From Octopus vulgaris (Eukaryota), in the NCBI GenBank assembly GCA_951406725.2, contig OX597827.1, forward strand, positions 36,208,001-36,272,000: a DNA stretch of 64,000 nt. The letters run 5' to 3'. The first letter of the stretch is position 1. Each line of letters opens with the position of its first letter. Shown piece by piece: positions 13,201 through 26,274 of the stretch. Position numbers and translations under genes: made by a program. The notes under the pieces were generated by a model. It was not told where the DNA came from, did not search any database, and saw only the letters and a list, made by a program, of their open reading frames with translations.

Positions 13201-16183
13201 CACCATTATTATTATTATTATTGTTGTTGTTGTTGTTGTTATTGGGCATTATTAGGGCATTATTATTATTGTTATTAGGGCAGCATGCTGGTAGAATTTT
13301 AGAGCGTGAGACAAAATCTTTGCGGTATTTCTACCAACTCATTATATTCTGAGTTTAAATTTCACCATAGTGCCCCTTGCCTTTCATTCCTTTAAGGACT
13401 TGATAAAGTAAGTACTCAACTGAGCACTGGGATTCGTGCAACTGACTCACCCCCTGTCCTCAAATTTCAGGTTTGGTGCCTATAATAGAAAGAATTGGTG
13501 TTATTATTTTCTGTTTACAGTAAAAGCTTCTGTGAGCCTAGAATGAGCCTACTTTGATTTTCAGTCTTGGACATTTCTTCAGCTATGTCACTGACAGCTT
13601 TTATGAAATGGATGAATGTTACAATTACTCTTTCATTATAAATAACCTACGAAGACCAGTTCATTATTCAGTATCATTATTTATATTTAGCCCCAAGTCA
13701 AACCGAAGACAATGTTCCAATGGAGACTATTACATCTTTCTGTACATATAAGACTTTTTCACCATGTAGGGCACACATCAAACTTACTAGTGTTTGTACC
13801 ACAATAAAAAGGGCTATCTGTCATAAAGGTAGACAGATAAAGAAAGTATTTGTTCAGCAATTTCTGTACAAAATTTTTATTTCTTTAATTTTTTTCAGCT
13901 GAATTGTTAATATTTATGCATTTTTGTGTATGTATTACGTGTATTATGTATATGTATGTATGCATGTATATTTGTGTAAGTACTATGTTTGTGTATTTTT
14001 TGTGAAGATATGTGTTTATGTATGTGTATGTATGTATATGTGTTTATGTATGTGTATGTATGTATATGTGTTTATGTATGTGTATGTATACAAAAATGCA
14101 CATACATATACAGTACTAACAGAAGTATACATAAGCGATTCAAATGAAAGAAAAAAAAATTAAGAAATAAACACTTTTTACTGAAATTGATGAACAAGTA
14201 CTTTCATTATCCGTCTACCTTTATCGAAAGATAGCCATAAAAAGTACTCGTTACACTGTGGAGCGGTTGCTGCGAGAAAAGCATCCGGCTGGAGAGACCA
14301 TATGAAAAATGGGCCCAGTGAACGAGACCTTGTCTTCTGACTTGTCAACGTTGGCAGTGACTCTGAATATGAACTGAGTCAGTCTATGACAACTCACCAA
14401 ACCCATGTCAGAATGGAAAGCAGACGTGATGATGATGATGATTAGTCTAGTCCGAACAATAAATAAATAAATAATAATCAAATATTTTATATTAAATCAT
14501 TGCTGAATTTCTTTTCATTTTATTACAAAACTCCGTGAAATAAAACAAAAATTATATTTATATCAATTCATTATCCTGTATCCTTATTTATATTTAGCTC
14601 CAAGTGAAACCTAAGACTAATGTTGTTCAATGGGGACTATTTCCTCTTTCAGCACATATAAGACGGTATTATTCAATGTGTAACTCAGTAGAATGCGATT
14701 TAGGGAAGATGTGGCTGCTACTTCTAGCAAGCCAATCGACCACGTAGGTGTCTCCCATTGGTTCGTCCAAACAATGTTCAATGAAACAGATGGAAGAGGG
14801 AGGAGAGTGAAACGAAGCTTCCTTTTTTTTTTATCTCCTTTTGTGCTACATCCGTCTGTCTGTGTGTCGAATTATCTCCCTTTAACGTGTTTACATCCTA
14901 AAAAAAAAAAGTTAAAGGATGGTTGCAAGGAACGGTTAGTATATATAATATATATATATGTCTATATAAATATAAGCCCATATATTTCATTGTATGTAGC
15001 TGACACGTATATATTGGTATTCATTTATAAAATATAGGGTAAATGCATGCGAAAGCTACAGTGTAAATATATGCATTCTTCTTATAAACTGTATCATATG
15101 TATTTGCATGTATGGTGATGGTCTGTTTTGTAGTTGGTTAATTTAAAAACTATCCCAAATCCAACAACAAATATGCATTTACTCTAATTCATATTAATTT
15201 ATTGTACTTGTATTATATTGTGGTCGATGTAAACCACTTTGAGCTTATCTCTTTCTCTCTTGTGTTGTCCCTGTCTGTGTTTATACTTCACACTATATTT
15301 CTGTCTACATCTTTTCTCTTCGCTTGCCTCTTTTCGTCTTTTCTTTTTTTATACCTCGCTGTTCTCTCTCTCTCACTGTTGGTCTGTATTTGTATCAGAC
15401 TCTCTCTAAATTGTTATGTGTGCTTGTAAAACAGTTTAGAAAAGACAGACAGAAAAAAATGAACCTCATATAACTTCTTTGTAAATTAATATTGCCCCGT
15501 CCCGTTCTTCCCTATATAAGTATGTTTCTACGGTAACTTATCAAAATTTACCGTTTCTACACATGTATCGCTACTTGCAAAGTCTCTGTATTACACAAAC
15601 AAACACAGCTAACGAGGTGGGAACTTCTTCACGATCGCCCGATCCGTTAGAAATAGCAGCTAAATATTTCTACTACATCTTATTTTAAATGAAAAAAAAC
15701 CCCACAAAAACAAAAACAAACCCGGAATGATTAATCCAGCTTTTACACCTTTGATCATATATAACTGCTCAATTAAGATTGATCTCCGTCTAAACTACAA
15801 CGTATAGAACAGCTTCTATGAAATATATACAGTAACTGTTTATTGTAGAGTTCAACCGTTTAAAGCACCTCCCGAATAACTTGTAAATATTGATACACCG
15901 TTTAAGCTGTTATTTCACCAAACATTAAACTTATCTCTAATATGCGAGAAAATATTGTTTCTGTACTGTCACCTAACTTCTCTCTGATTTTTTAAAAATA
16001 CATATAATTAATCCTACTTGTGTGGATTTTCTAAAATTTTTAGCCAATTATGTCACCCAAAATTTGCTAACTTTTACAAAGTTTTTCATATTTTAAAAGT
16101 TGGCTTGTCACCGGTAGATAACTTTTACCATCAAATATTGTTAATACAGCTAGAATTACACCGTGCTGAAATATATATATATA

Positions 16184-16374
16184 GTTGAAATTTACAGAAA
16201 AACAAAAGACGAAGACAAGTGTATAAACAACAAACAGGTGTATTAGTTTAACGCCCGGGACGGTGAGAAAGTCTTTTACGTTTCGAGCCTACGCTCTTCA
16301 ACAGAAAGGAACCCGAGAAAATAAACACAGAGAGAATAAAAAAAAAACGTTTGGAGTTAGCGGTCAATCATGCG
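16184..16374 (-). mobile_element. ~190-bp hammerhead-bearing element (Penelope-LTR-like) inserted in (TA)n
   Basis: Non-coding block bounded by TA repeats on both sides; contains the 16273-16308 motif. Confidence 0.55.
16273..16308 (-). ncRNA. Variant hammerhead ribozyme motif
   Basis: Reverse strand CTTT-CTGTTGA-A-GAGC gtag GCTC-GAAAC-GTA-AAAG. Helices I and II and a palindromic ACGT are present, but core position A6 is U. Confidence 0.6.
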
Positions 16375-16385
16375 TATATATATAT

Positions 16386-16678
16386 CAGCGATGGTTCGTT
16401 GCTGGACTGGAAAAAGCATATAGTATTTTGCGAGTGGGGTGAGTTTTCATTACTAGCTGGTGATTAACACACGCTGAGGACGGGTAACCATTCAGAAACT
16501 CGAGTCCGTGTGTATCACATAATGCTAGGGATGGGAGCGATGACCTCCCCTCACAAATACTAATCGGACACAGAATGTGTGTCGTTAGCCATCTAAAGGA
16601 GAAGTGTTCCTGGGGCTATAAAAGTCAGTAGCACTATCCCGTTTGGGACGCCACACATGGCAATTATGTTACGATAAA
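16386..16678 (+). mobile_element. ~290-bp hammerhead-bearing element (retrozyme/Penelope-LTR-like) inserted in (TA)n
   Basis: GC-richer block bounded by short TA runs. Contains the 16453-16528 ribozyme plus small hairpins such as TCCC gttt GGGA. Confidence 0.6.
16453..16528 (+). ncRNA. Type I hammerhead ribozyme motif (minimal, Penelope/retrozyme type)
   Basis: ACACACG-CTGAGGA-cGGGT aacc ATTCa-GAAAC-TCGA-GTC-CGTGTGT. Intact core, 7-bp helix I extended by GTGAT/ATCAC and CTAGC/GCTAG, palindromic helix III (ACTCGAGT), GUC cleavage triplet. Confidence 0.85.
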
Positions 16679-17439
16679 TATATATGCACCTATATGTAAT
16701 ATGAAATAAACATCGACGTGTTGTAATAATAATAATAATAATTTGAAAATAGGTTTTAAAAATAAACTAAATAGAAACACAAGTAAAAATATTCAGTTTT
16801 ATAAGAGACATACACACTCATGTAAAGTTTCTAGAATAAATGTAGTGGTGGGTAATCTTGTACTTTAACGTACCGTTTTCACTTTTGCAGACTAGCTTTT
16901 TTTTCTTCTAGTTGTGCAGGGTTTTTTTTTTCCTTCCAGTTTCGTAAATGAATAGTATCAATAATGATAATAACAACAATGATTTAGTAATTAGAATTTT
17001 AAATAAATTCCCTTCAGGAAATATTCTTCACATGTTGCTTGGAGTATTTTATTTTTTTCCAAAACTCAGTCACCACCAGGCTTATATACGTTTTTATATT
17101 GTGAAGCAGCAAATCCATGTAATTAATAAATAATTACAGAACACAGCTAGTGTTTGTAGACATACTGAAAGCCAAAAGTTAGAAGAAAACGCCAGCAAAA
17201 TTAAAAAGTAATACATTACTCATGGAAAATCCCCAGGTAAAAAGAAAACTACGTCTGCAAAAGTGAAGTCTCTACGTTTATACTCTTAGACAACCTAAAC
17301 TTATTCTTTCAAAGCATGCCAAAGTTCTTCGAAAATTTGTTCGAATTAAAGTGCTTTTCGATCTAAACGTACGTTACAGTATATTTGGCTGTGTTGAACC
17401 GGCATCGTTTTGAACAAAAAATGCACACACACACACCAC

Positions 17440-17645
17440 AGTTGTTTTGTCCCATGTTATCTGTAGCGAAGCAGACCATAGATAATCAAGAGTGGCCAAC
17501 TGCGTGTATTTGTTGTACATTGTATGTCTTGGACTACATTATCCAACATGTCTCATTCTTTTTGAAAGGCTGTATGGTGGAATTTGATTGAGATTCTGTT
17601 GTTATTTCTAGCAGGTCATTTGACCTGCTAGAAATAGAGGCTAGT
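17440..17645 (+). repeat. Interspersed repeat family E, representative copy
   Basis: ggactacattatccaa..tgattt..gatt..gctg.tatttctagca blocks recur at ~14690, 15610(-), 17950, 18930(-), 26170, 41060 and 49580. Confidence 0.55.
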
Positions 17646-17723
<78 letters not shown>

Positions 17724-20459
17724 CATATATCAAGGTTTGTGTATGTGTACATGTAATTGAATAGTAACTTTGTAACATTCACATATGCATGTACGTACTT
17801 ACATATACAAATAACTATTTAGACGTTGCTTAAATAAATCGTTTACGAAAGTATGTCTGCATTATCTGTTTACTGAAAAAGAAAAAGCCATCGATAGCGA
17901 TCGAGTAACTATTGTTATTCTAGCATTTCTCTGGACACTGTCTTGTCCAGTTACAGGTGAGCTTTGAATGAACAGGGCTATGGTCAAAGACATTCCAGCT
18001 CCGACAATCCAAGATTTATTCAAATATTAACGTTAACATTATCGCTAGGACTTGCATCATACGACGTGTCTTATTTTTATAATTTTTTTTCTTTTTCTTT
18101 TAAGAGTGTAAGGAATGATTTGAGAGAGATTGAACTGCTATTTGTAGCAAATCGATTTACTACATGCATGGAATCTTATTGCTCTGTGGTAACTGTTGCG
18201 GTTTAGAATTGTTTTCTCTTTGCTATTTTTATTGCATTTATTTTTCTAAGCGTGAGGTTTTATCCCTTATTTGGTTCGATGCTCTCTGACTTGGTACTAA
18301 ATAAAGCACCTGGTTAATTTTGAAGTTTATTTAAACTGTTTCGTAGTTTAATTGACGACGTTAGCAACGCCGTCATTATTATTAGAATTCGACAGCAGTT
18401 ATTATAGTCATCATTCTTGTTGTTATACAAACGAATGTCGCGAATATCCCGATTTCTCTTAGCTATCTCCACGTTATTTTGCTTATGTTAGCAGTCACCA
18501 ACATTCGTAATGTTGCGACTGCCGCTAGTGTTGACGTTACCTGTCATCTCTCTCTAGTGTTGATAAACTAGTTAAGTAGGACCAGTTTTGTACGATTAAA
18601 TTAACAGCACTAGGCCTCGACCCTCCAAAATTAATTGTCACCTTCTGTCTGTTGAAGTTAGATATCGATATTGTCAGAGTCGGTAGAGTTACCGACAGCA
18701 TTCCTTGCAGTATTTAGTTATGGTATTTGATTTTTACGTTGAGTTGAAATACCGTCATGGTCCGGCTTTGCCTGTCATCCTTCCAGGGGCGATAAAATAA
18801 GTACCAATTGAATTCTCGAGTAGAACTAATCAACTATATCTATTCCTTACATTTCAGACCTTGCCTCTATGTAAGAAACTAATATTTTAAATACCTTGGG
18901 AACCAATTAGGAAGCCTTTATGTCGACGCTCGAGTATTCTAGAATTAGCAGCCAAATTTTCCTCATGTCACGCACTATTGTCTTATAGGATACTTTGGAT
19001 ATTGTTGTCTGGAAAAAGAAAAGATGGTCATGGTTGGAATGTCTCTGATCAGAGGTTTTGTTCGTTCAGGGTTGATTTTGGACTTGTTACTTTGGATTTC
19101 TCAGTCGAAAAAAAGTTGTAACTTTGTGTTATTTCGGAAATCATCATCATCATCATCATTATGAACATCATGATTTCAGCTATTTCTTAGGAATTACTGC
19201 TGCCCCATCGTATTGCCCCTATGTTTCTGAAGTGTAGGCAGCGTTGTCTTTTAGGGATGAAGAATTCTCTGTGTATGTTCCACCAGTTTTGCTTTGGTTC
19301 TGATATTATTCCAGTGTTCCATTTATTGGTTGGAATATCTTGTTTCAGTTATTGGACTGTAGCTATGCTGGGGCATCACCTTGAAGGGTTTAGTCAAACA
19401 AATCAATCCCAGTATTCATATGTCTGGTACTACCAAACTGCTAAGTAACGTGGACATAAACTAACAAACAACAATTGTCAAGCAATGATGGGGAACAAAC
19501 ACATACACATATATACACAACAAGTTTCGATAAAGTTTCCATTCACCAAATTTACTTACAGAGCATTAGTTGACCTAGGGCTATTGTAGAAGACACCTAA
19601 AATGCTATACAGTTGGACTGAACCCAGAAACGTGAATACAAAGCATACTTCTTAACCATGCAATATGAGTTGAATTATTGTTGTTTTTACAATAATTAAA
19701 TAAGTCCAAAATAGTAATTAATTTTTTTAGCTGAGTAAATTGGGGGCATGATCAATAGACTATAGAGCAGGTAATTTAATATCAGGAGTAAGTTCAAATC
19801 CTTAGTTATCTGTTATATACTGTGTATCAGGGCTCCCCACTGCTTTCCGGATGGAAAGGCAAATACATTTTATTCTCATAATAAGCAATTGTGTAGAATG
19901 CTATAAATATAACATTACTCCAGCTACAAAAGATAAACCATGTTGGTCATTATTTCTTTGTAACTTCTGGATTCCCTTTGAGATTTGGCTGTTTTCAGTT
20001 GAAATATTGTACATCTTAAGTTGCTGTGAGTATTAGCAGGATTCAGTGATGTTGGCAATATGGATATGAGATGTTTTGGCATTGCCTATTTGATGTTGCT
20101 GGTTCAATGCTGACTTATTTCACATCAGGCATTTTAATATTTCTCTTGTTCTCAACCTCCCCCCCCCTTATGTGCAAACATGTTCCTCTACATGTATGTA
20201 CCATCATTCTTATACATGTCATGTCCAAACTAACACATTGTTTTCTCAAAATCCTAAAAACCGTGTCTCATTAAAAGCATTGGTGTGGGTTCTGGTGCCA
20301 TGTAAAAAGCACCCAGTACACTCTGTAAAGTGGTTGGCATTAAGAAGGGCATCCAGCCATAGAAACCAAAGCCAAAACAGACTGTGGAACCTGATGCAGC
20401 CAGTTCTGTCAAGTTGTCCAACCCATGCCAGCATAGAAAACAGACATTAAATGTTGATG

Positions 20460-20970
20460 ACTACATCCAATTCCTCTTATACCCACTTTTTCTCTTAAAT
20501 TATCTGTATTTTGTCATTCATGCACATTCAGCAGAGCATGCTTGCTTCATTTCTTTCCAGTCTTCATATATTCTTCATATTCACTGACCATATTTTGATT
20601 ATCATGCAGCATTGCACTTTGTGCACAAGTTGTATTTAATATACTACTCAGTGGAAGAGAGAATCCCTTTTGTTGTCTTCAGAGAAATTTTCCCACATTG
20701 TTCTTGTTCTGTACTTTCAGGACACCCATTCTACTGGGGATTTGGTCACTTAGGTAACAGCTGCTGTCAGCTACTTGTATCAAGCCTTCCAAGAATTTGG
20801 AAGAATGTATCTTATTTTTGCTCTGATTGCTAACTACTCCTGTTTGTCTGCCACATGCAAACTTGTTCACCATCAACCTGCCTGTGAGATCAGTTCACCT
20901 CTTGTACACCCATAGATCACACCATGTACTCTCTAAAGTGTTCCTGTCTACTTCTCCGCATATTGAACAT
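20460..20970 (-). mobile_element. Decayed RTE-type LINE fragment
   Basis: Reverse-strand similarity to the other RTE pieces (DSSCYLSDQIPSRMG, gcatgcttgcttcattt block). Confidence 0.5.
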
Positions 20971-22268
20971 GACCACACACACACACACACACACACACAT
21001 GTATGAAGGTCTTTTATACAATTTCCTTCTACCAAATTCCACTCAAGATATGGTTGGCGTTATTTGCTCTTAGTACCTTGCAGAGGTATTGAACCTGGAA
21101 TCAGGTTGTGAAGCAGGTTTCTTAACCATACAGCCATGACTGCCTTTTTATATGTACTGCTTCTCAATAGGATCCAGCAAATAGCTTAAAAGTTCTTTAG
21201 AATGTGGGGACAAAAAATGCAATTGTGTGGCTTTGTGAGTAAGAAATTTGCTTTGTAATCCTGTGGTTTTGGGTTCAGCCTCACTGTGCAACACTTTTGC
21301 TAAGTGTCTTCTGCTATAGTCCTGTCTTGACTAATATCTTGTGAGTAAATTTGGTTGATGGAGAATCTGAGCATCCAGCTATAAAACTTTGCTTCAAATC
21401 TAAATGATGCTATTATGGAAAAAACAGATGCTAAACAAACTTTGTTGTTTTCCAAGGGCTCTTTCTGAAAGATGTCTATTACATTGAAGATTGTTACAAC
21501 TGGCAGACAATACAAGGTCAAATTCTTACCTTATTCAGGAGTTGTTTTTATTGTTTTTATCTTTCATATTATAAATATCAAAATTTAGATATATTTATTT
21601 TTCTTTATTTTTAGATGATGGAATACAAAAAGCAGCTGCTGTTTTTGACAAGAATTCTTCACTTTTGAATTTTTGAAAGATAATTTCTTGATGTAAATGC
21701 ATAAATATATCTGCTGAAAATTATTTGGCAGACTTGCAGAAAATAAAAACTGGTTATGATTTTATACTATTCTGCTATGTCTTTGAAAACTAATGCTGTT
21801 AAGAAAAGGAAAAAGACATTACCAAAGTATATTGCCTTCAGATTCTACCCAAGTGATAGGTTATTGGATAAATGAATATTGACTATGGAATTCTATCAGC
21901 CTTTTCATTCTTGATATGTCTTGAAAACAAATTTGATTGCATTTTTCAAATGGGAGGAGCAACTGTAAGCATTGTTTTCAAAATATTTTTGTTTTCAAAA
22001 ATTAAAACTGATTTTGGAGAATCTAAATTCAAAAGATGAAGTTATTACAAACAATGAAATCAAATTTATAAGTCAAAATTAAAATATATATTTATATATA
22101 CACACACACACATACGTATGCATGTATGGGTGTGTATGTGTATATATATAAGTATATGTATGTAAAGAGAAAGGACAATCCACTAACAGTTAAATATACA
22201 TACTAATTTGTTTCTTTTAAAATACCAATTGTTATTAGTTGCTGTCTAGAATTTGACCATTAAAAATT

Positions 22269-23777
22269 ATGGATAAAAACTTGTCACCGAAACCATTTCC
22301 TTGTGACTTGTGTGGAGAAAGTTTTTCACGTCGCAGTACTATGCTGCAACATAAACGAACTCATACTGGTGAGAAACCGTTCCATTGTGAGATCTGTTCA
22401 AAAGGATTTACACGACCATACACACTCCAAAAGCATCGTCGCTGCCACACGGGTGAAAAACCATTTGCTTGTGATATTTGTGGTCGTAATTTCTCACGCA
22501 GCAGTACTTTGCATGAACACAAGCGAACGCATGCCGGTGACAAACCGTTCCAGTGTGATATCTGTAGGGACAACTTTTCACGGCGGAGCACATTACTCCA
22601 ACACCATCGCACGCATTCTGGCGAGAAACCGTTTCCCTGCGAAGTTTGCGGGAAGAAGTTTACGCGTCGATACACTTTGCAGAAACATGCAAGAGACCAC
22701 ACACGTGAAGCACCATATCACTGTGAAATATGCGGGTGCCGGTTCACACGGCCTTTCGCTCTTCAGAAACATCGCCGCTCACATACAGGAGAAAAACGAT
22801 TCCATTGTGATGTATGTGGGGAGAGTTTTTCTCGAAGAAGCAACCTGCATGTTCACCAAAGAACCCACACCGGCGAAAAGCCATTCAGCTGTTCGTTGTG
22901 TGGCAAAAGCTTTTCTCGCAGAAGCAATCTACAAGTACACATACGCAGTCACTCAGGAATTAAGCCGTACTGCTGTGAATATTGCAGTAAACGGTTTGTT
23001 CGAAGCAGCACACTGTTAGAACATAAACGCATTCACACAGGTGAGAAAGCTTCATTCCAAAATTTCAATCCTCCTCCTCTTCCTCCTCCTCCTCCTGTTG
23101 CCATCAATCCAACTACTGTTGTCAGCAACAACAACAACAACAATAATGCTGAGAAGAATAGTTGCGTCATGAAAAGTTCAATTGATGACAGCCACAAAGA
23201 ATTCGTTTTCAGTACTAACAATAACAACACCAATACTAATAGTGACGTTGCCATGGGAAACGGTAAACAGTTTACCTACAACATAATTACAGCAGCTGCT
23301 AACAATACTTTTCAGAATACTAATGGAGACGAAAACTCTCATAATGAGGCACTTCTTGCAACAGATAATAATATGCAATTCAATCAACCCAGGCTAGCCA
23401 CCACCACTACAACTGATGGCTCTATGTTGCACTGCAGCAACTGTGGAAAGCCATATGCCCAATGTTGCCATGTACAACACCAGCAGCTGTTGCTGCAAAG
23501 GGGAGCAACCTATTTACAGTCGCAAGCCAGGACCCGGTTATCAGCTTTGGTGACAGCCAGAAAATGGCTTGAGCCGCCCACTGTGATAGTAGCTGCCTCT
23601 ACCACTGCAAACCAGACCAGTATGCCCCCGAATGCTGCTGCTACAGCCATAGCTTATTCTGAACCTTCCAAAACAGGCCTTCAAACTAACCTTGCTGCAG
23701 AGACACTGCCACCTACAGCTTGTAATACACTGGTAGTTGTACAACCCCCAACTGCTTGCCCTATAATGGAAACCTGA
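22269..23777 (+). CDS. C2H2 zinc-finger protein, 502 aa: 9 tandem fingers, then a Pro/Asn/Thr/Gln low-complexity tail with one degenerate finger
   Basis: Uninterrupted ORF with nine CxxC-x12-HxxxH units, mostly joined by TGEKP-type linkers. Degenerate LHCSNCGKPY motif in the tail. Possible splice acceptors (ttattag, gtctag) just upstream of the ATG suggest 5' UTR introns. Confidence 0.93.
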   Translation: MDKNLSPKPFPCDLCGESFSRRSTMLQHKRTHTGEKPFHCEICSKGFTRPYTLQKHRRCHTGEKPFACDICGRNFSRSSTLHEHKRTHAGDKPFQCDICRDNFSRRSTLLQHHRTHSGEKPFPCEVCGKKFTRRYTLQKHARDHTREAPYHCEICGCRFTRPFALQKHRRSHTGEKRFHCDVCGESFSRRSNLHVHQRTHTGEKPFSCSLCGKSFSRRSNLQVHIRSHSGIKPYCCEYCSKRFVRSSTLLEHKRIHTGEKASFQNFNPPPLPPPPPVAINPTTVVSNNNNNNNAEKNSCVMKSSIDDSHKEFVFSTNNNNTNTNSDVAMGNGKQFTYNIITAAANNTFQNTNGDENSHNEALLATDNNMQFNQPRLATTTTTDGSMLHCSNCGKPYAQCCHVQHQQLLLQRGATYLQSQARTRLSALVTARKWLEPPTVIVAASTTANQTSMPPNAAATAIAYSEPSKTGLQTNLAAETLPPTACNTLVVVQPPTACPIMET

Positions 23778-24114
23778 ATATTTCACAACAGACTGAACTT
23801 CTCTGAGCCTCTCTGAAACTTACTGGTGTGATACACAGATATCCACCAACTTCTAAAGTGGTAAAATTATACACAAATACAGCAATGATGGAAAATACAA
23901 AATTGGACAATCTCTTTTTCTAAATTGTTAAAATATTCCAGTAATGATGAAAAAAAAAAAGAAATTTTTTTAAGTAAGGTAAAGTAAGGTAAAGTTTAAA
24001 GAGAAAAAAAGAAATGAGAGTTTAAAAAAAATGGGTGACTTTTTTTTTTCATGTTATAATTGAAGTTATATTTGGCTAATCTATTTTTGTTTCAACTTTA
24101 ATATGATTATTATT

Positions 24115-24345
24115 AAGGCGGCGAGCTGGCAGAAACGTTAGCATGCTGAGCGAAATGCTTAGCGGTATTTTGTCTGTCTTTACATTCTGAGTTCAAATTC
24201 TGCCGAGGTCGACTTTGCCTTTCATCCTTTTGGGGTCGATAAATTAAGTACCAGTTGCATGCTGGGGTTGATCTAATCAACTGGTCCCCTCCCCCAAATT
24301 TCGGGCCTTGCGCCTAGAGTAGAAAAGATTATTATTATTATTATT
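24115..24345 (+). mobile_element. tRNA-derived SINE family A, best-preserved copy
   Basis: A-box-like GAGCTGGCAGAA, B-box GAGTTCAAAT, core GCCTTTCATCCTTT.GGGGTCGATAAA..AGTACCAG, (ATT)n tail. Related copies near 185, 2920, 13260, 18670, 30641, 42680, 47095, 59655, 59880 and 62700. Confidence 0.85.
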
Positions 24346-24431
24346 GATTTGCATATGAAGTGGGGTTCTTTTTTTTTTTGTTCTATTTAAATACACTTAT
24401 AATTTCCACTTGTTATACACAGCACTTCAAC

Positions 24432-24474
<43 letters not shown>

Positions 24475-25086
24475 GTATGTATGAATGTTCCCCAGCCTGC
24501 CTATTTGATACCCCTTCCCTTTTTACTAAACATGTGTACATTTGTTTACCCAGGTATTTGTACTCTCCCCTTGCACTCACACACACACATTTGCATTCTC
24601 ACAAGTCGTTTCTCTGTTATGTACATACTCAAACATGCATATAGTTGCCTAATCCAATATATACGTATGTGTATACCCAGCCCAGAAATGAGCATTTGCA
24701 ACACATACAGAAATGCATGTGCTTCAGCCACCACCACCATGCCTCCTTCAATCCAAATAATATTTCTGTATACCTGGATGATATACATGTGTTTCCTGTC
24801 CAGCATACATGCATACATATCTGTGCATGTTGCAACAATAGTACATGTATTCACATGTGTACAGTAAACTACTGCAGATCCTACTAATGTGTGTATGTGT
24901 GTAGTACACATCACACAATATGCACAGCCCTCAGTCACATGCGTGTGTGTGTGTGTGTGTGTGTAGTTCCTGGTTTTTGCAGATCAGTATTTCTCTCATA
25001 TAAGTGCACTCATTGAAGTATTATTTTTGACTTGCACTTCAGCTGGAAAGTCATTTTTGTGATAATACATTTGAGTGATTTTTCAG

Positions 25087-25558
<472 letters not shown>

Positions 25559-25684
25559 GTGTACATGTCTACTAATTGTTAGGTTACTTGTTCCTCAGCA
25601 ATTTCACCAGTCCTTTCTCTCTTTCTAGATGTTATTTTGTTCTCCTCTGTATGCAGTCTAATGTATTTTAACGTGTGTGCATGC

Positions 25685-25718
<34 letters not shown>

Positions 25719-26240
25719 ATGTATCGAAATTACCAAATTGATATTGGAATTCAATCTTTTGTGGGGGGAAGAAAATCAAAACACTATTCGATTTTAATAA
25801 TTAATGAATTTTTTTCTCTATCTGGGGTGTGTCTGTGTGTGTGTGAGAGTTAGGAGACGTTTGAATTTCTTTGGGTTAAAATATTAGAAGTAAATGTGAT
25901 GATGTTTTAACACACAAACACACACATATACACAGACACACATATTAAATCTTACCAAAATCAAACTCGTTTAATCTGAAGTGTGGCACGTAACCACTAA
26001 AGAATTCTAAAACAGACAGACACACACACACACAAACTCTCGTGTACTCTCTCTCTCTGTCACACACATACACACACACTCACAAGGTGCAACATACCCC
26101 TCGAGGAATGGTTTAGAAATAGAATGTCCTATTTTTCCATCAATTTAGAGTAACTGGCCATTTTCGTTGCCTTGTTTAGGCAGTCCCGGGTCAGCACTGA
26201 CCAAATAGACATATAATCAAATATTTTCCAGCTGTGCCCA

Positions 26241-26274
<34 letters not shown>

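Noticed and set aside
22303-23254. Alternative-frame and antisense ORFs over the zinc-finger gene
   Set aside because: Shadow ORFs of the repetitive finger codons, with no independent protein motif.
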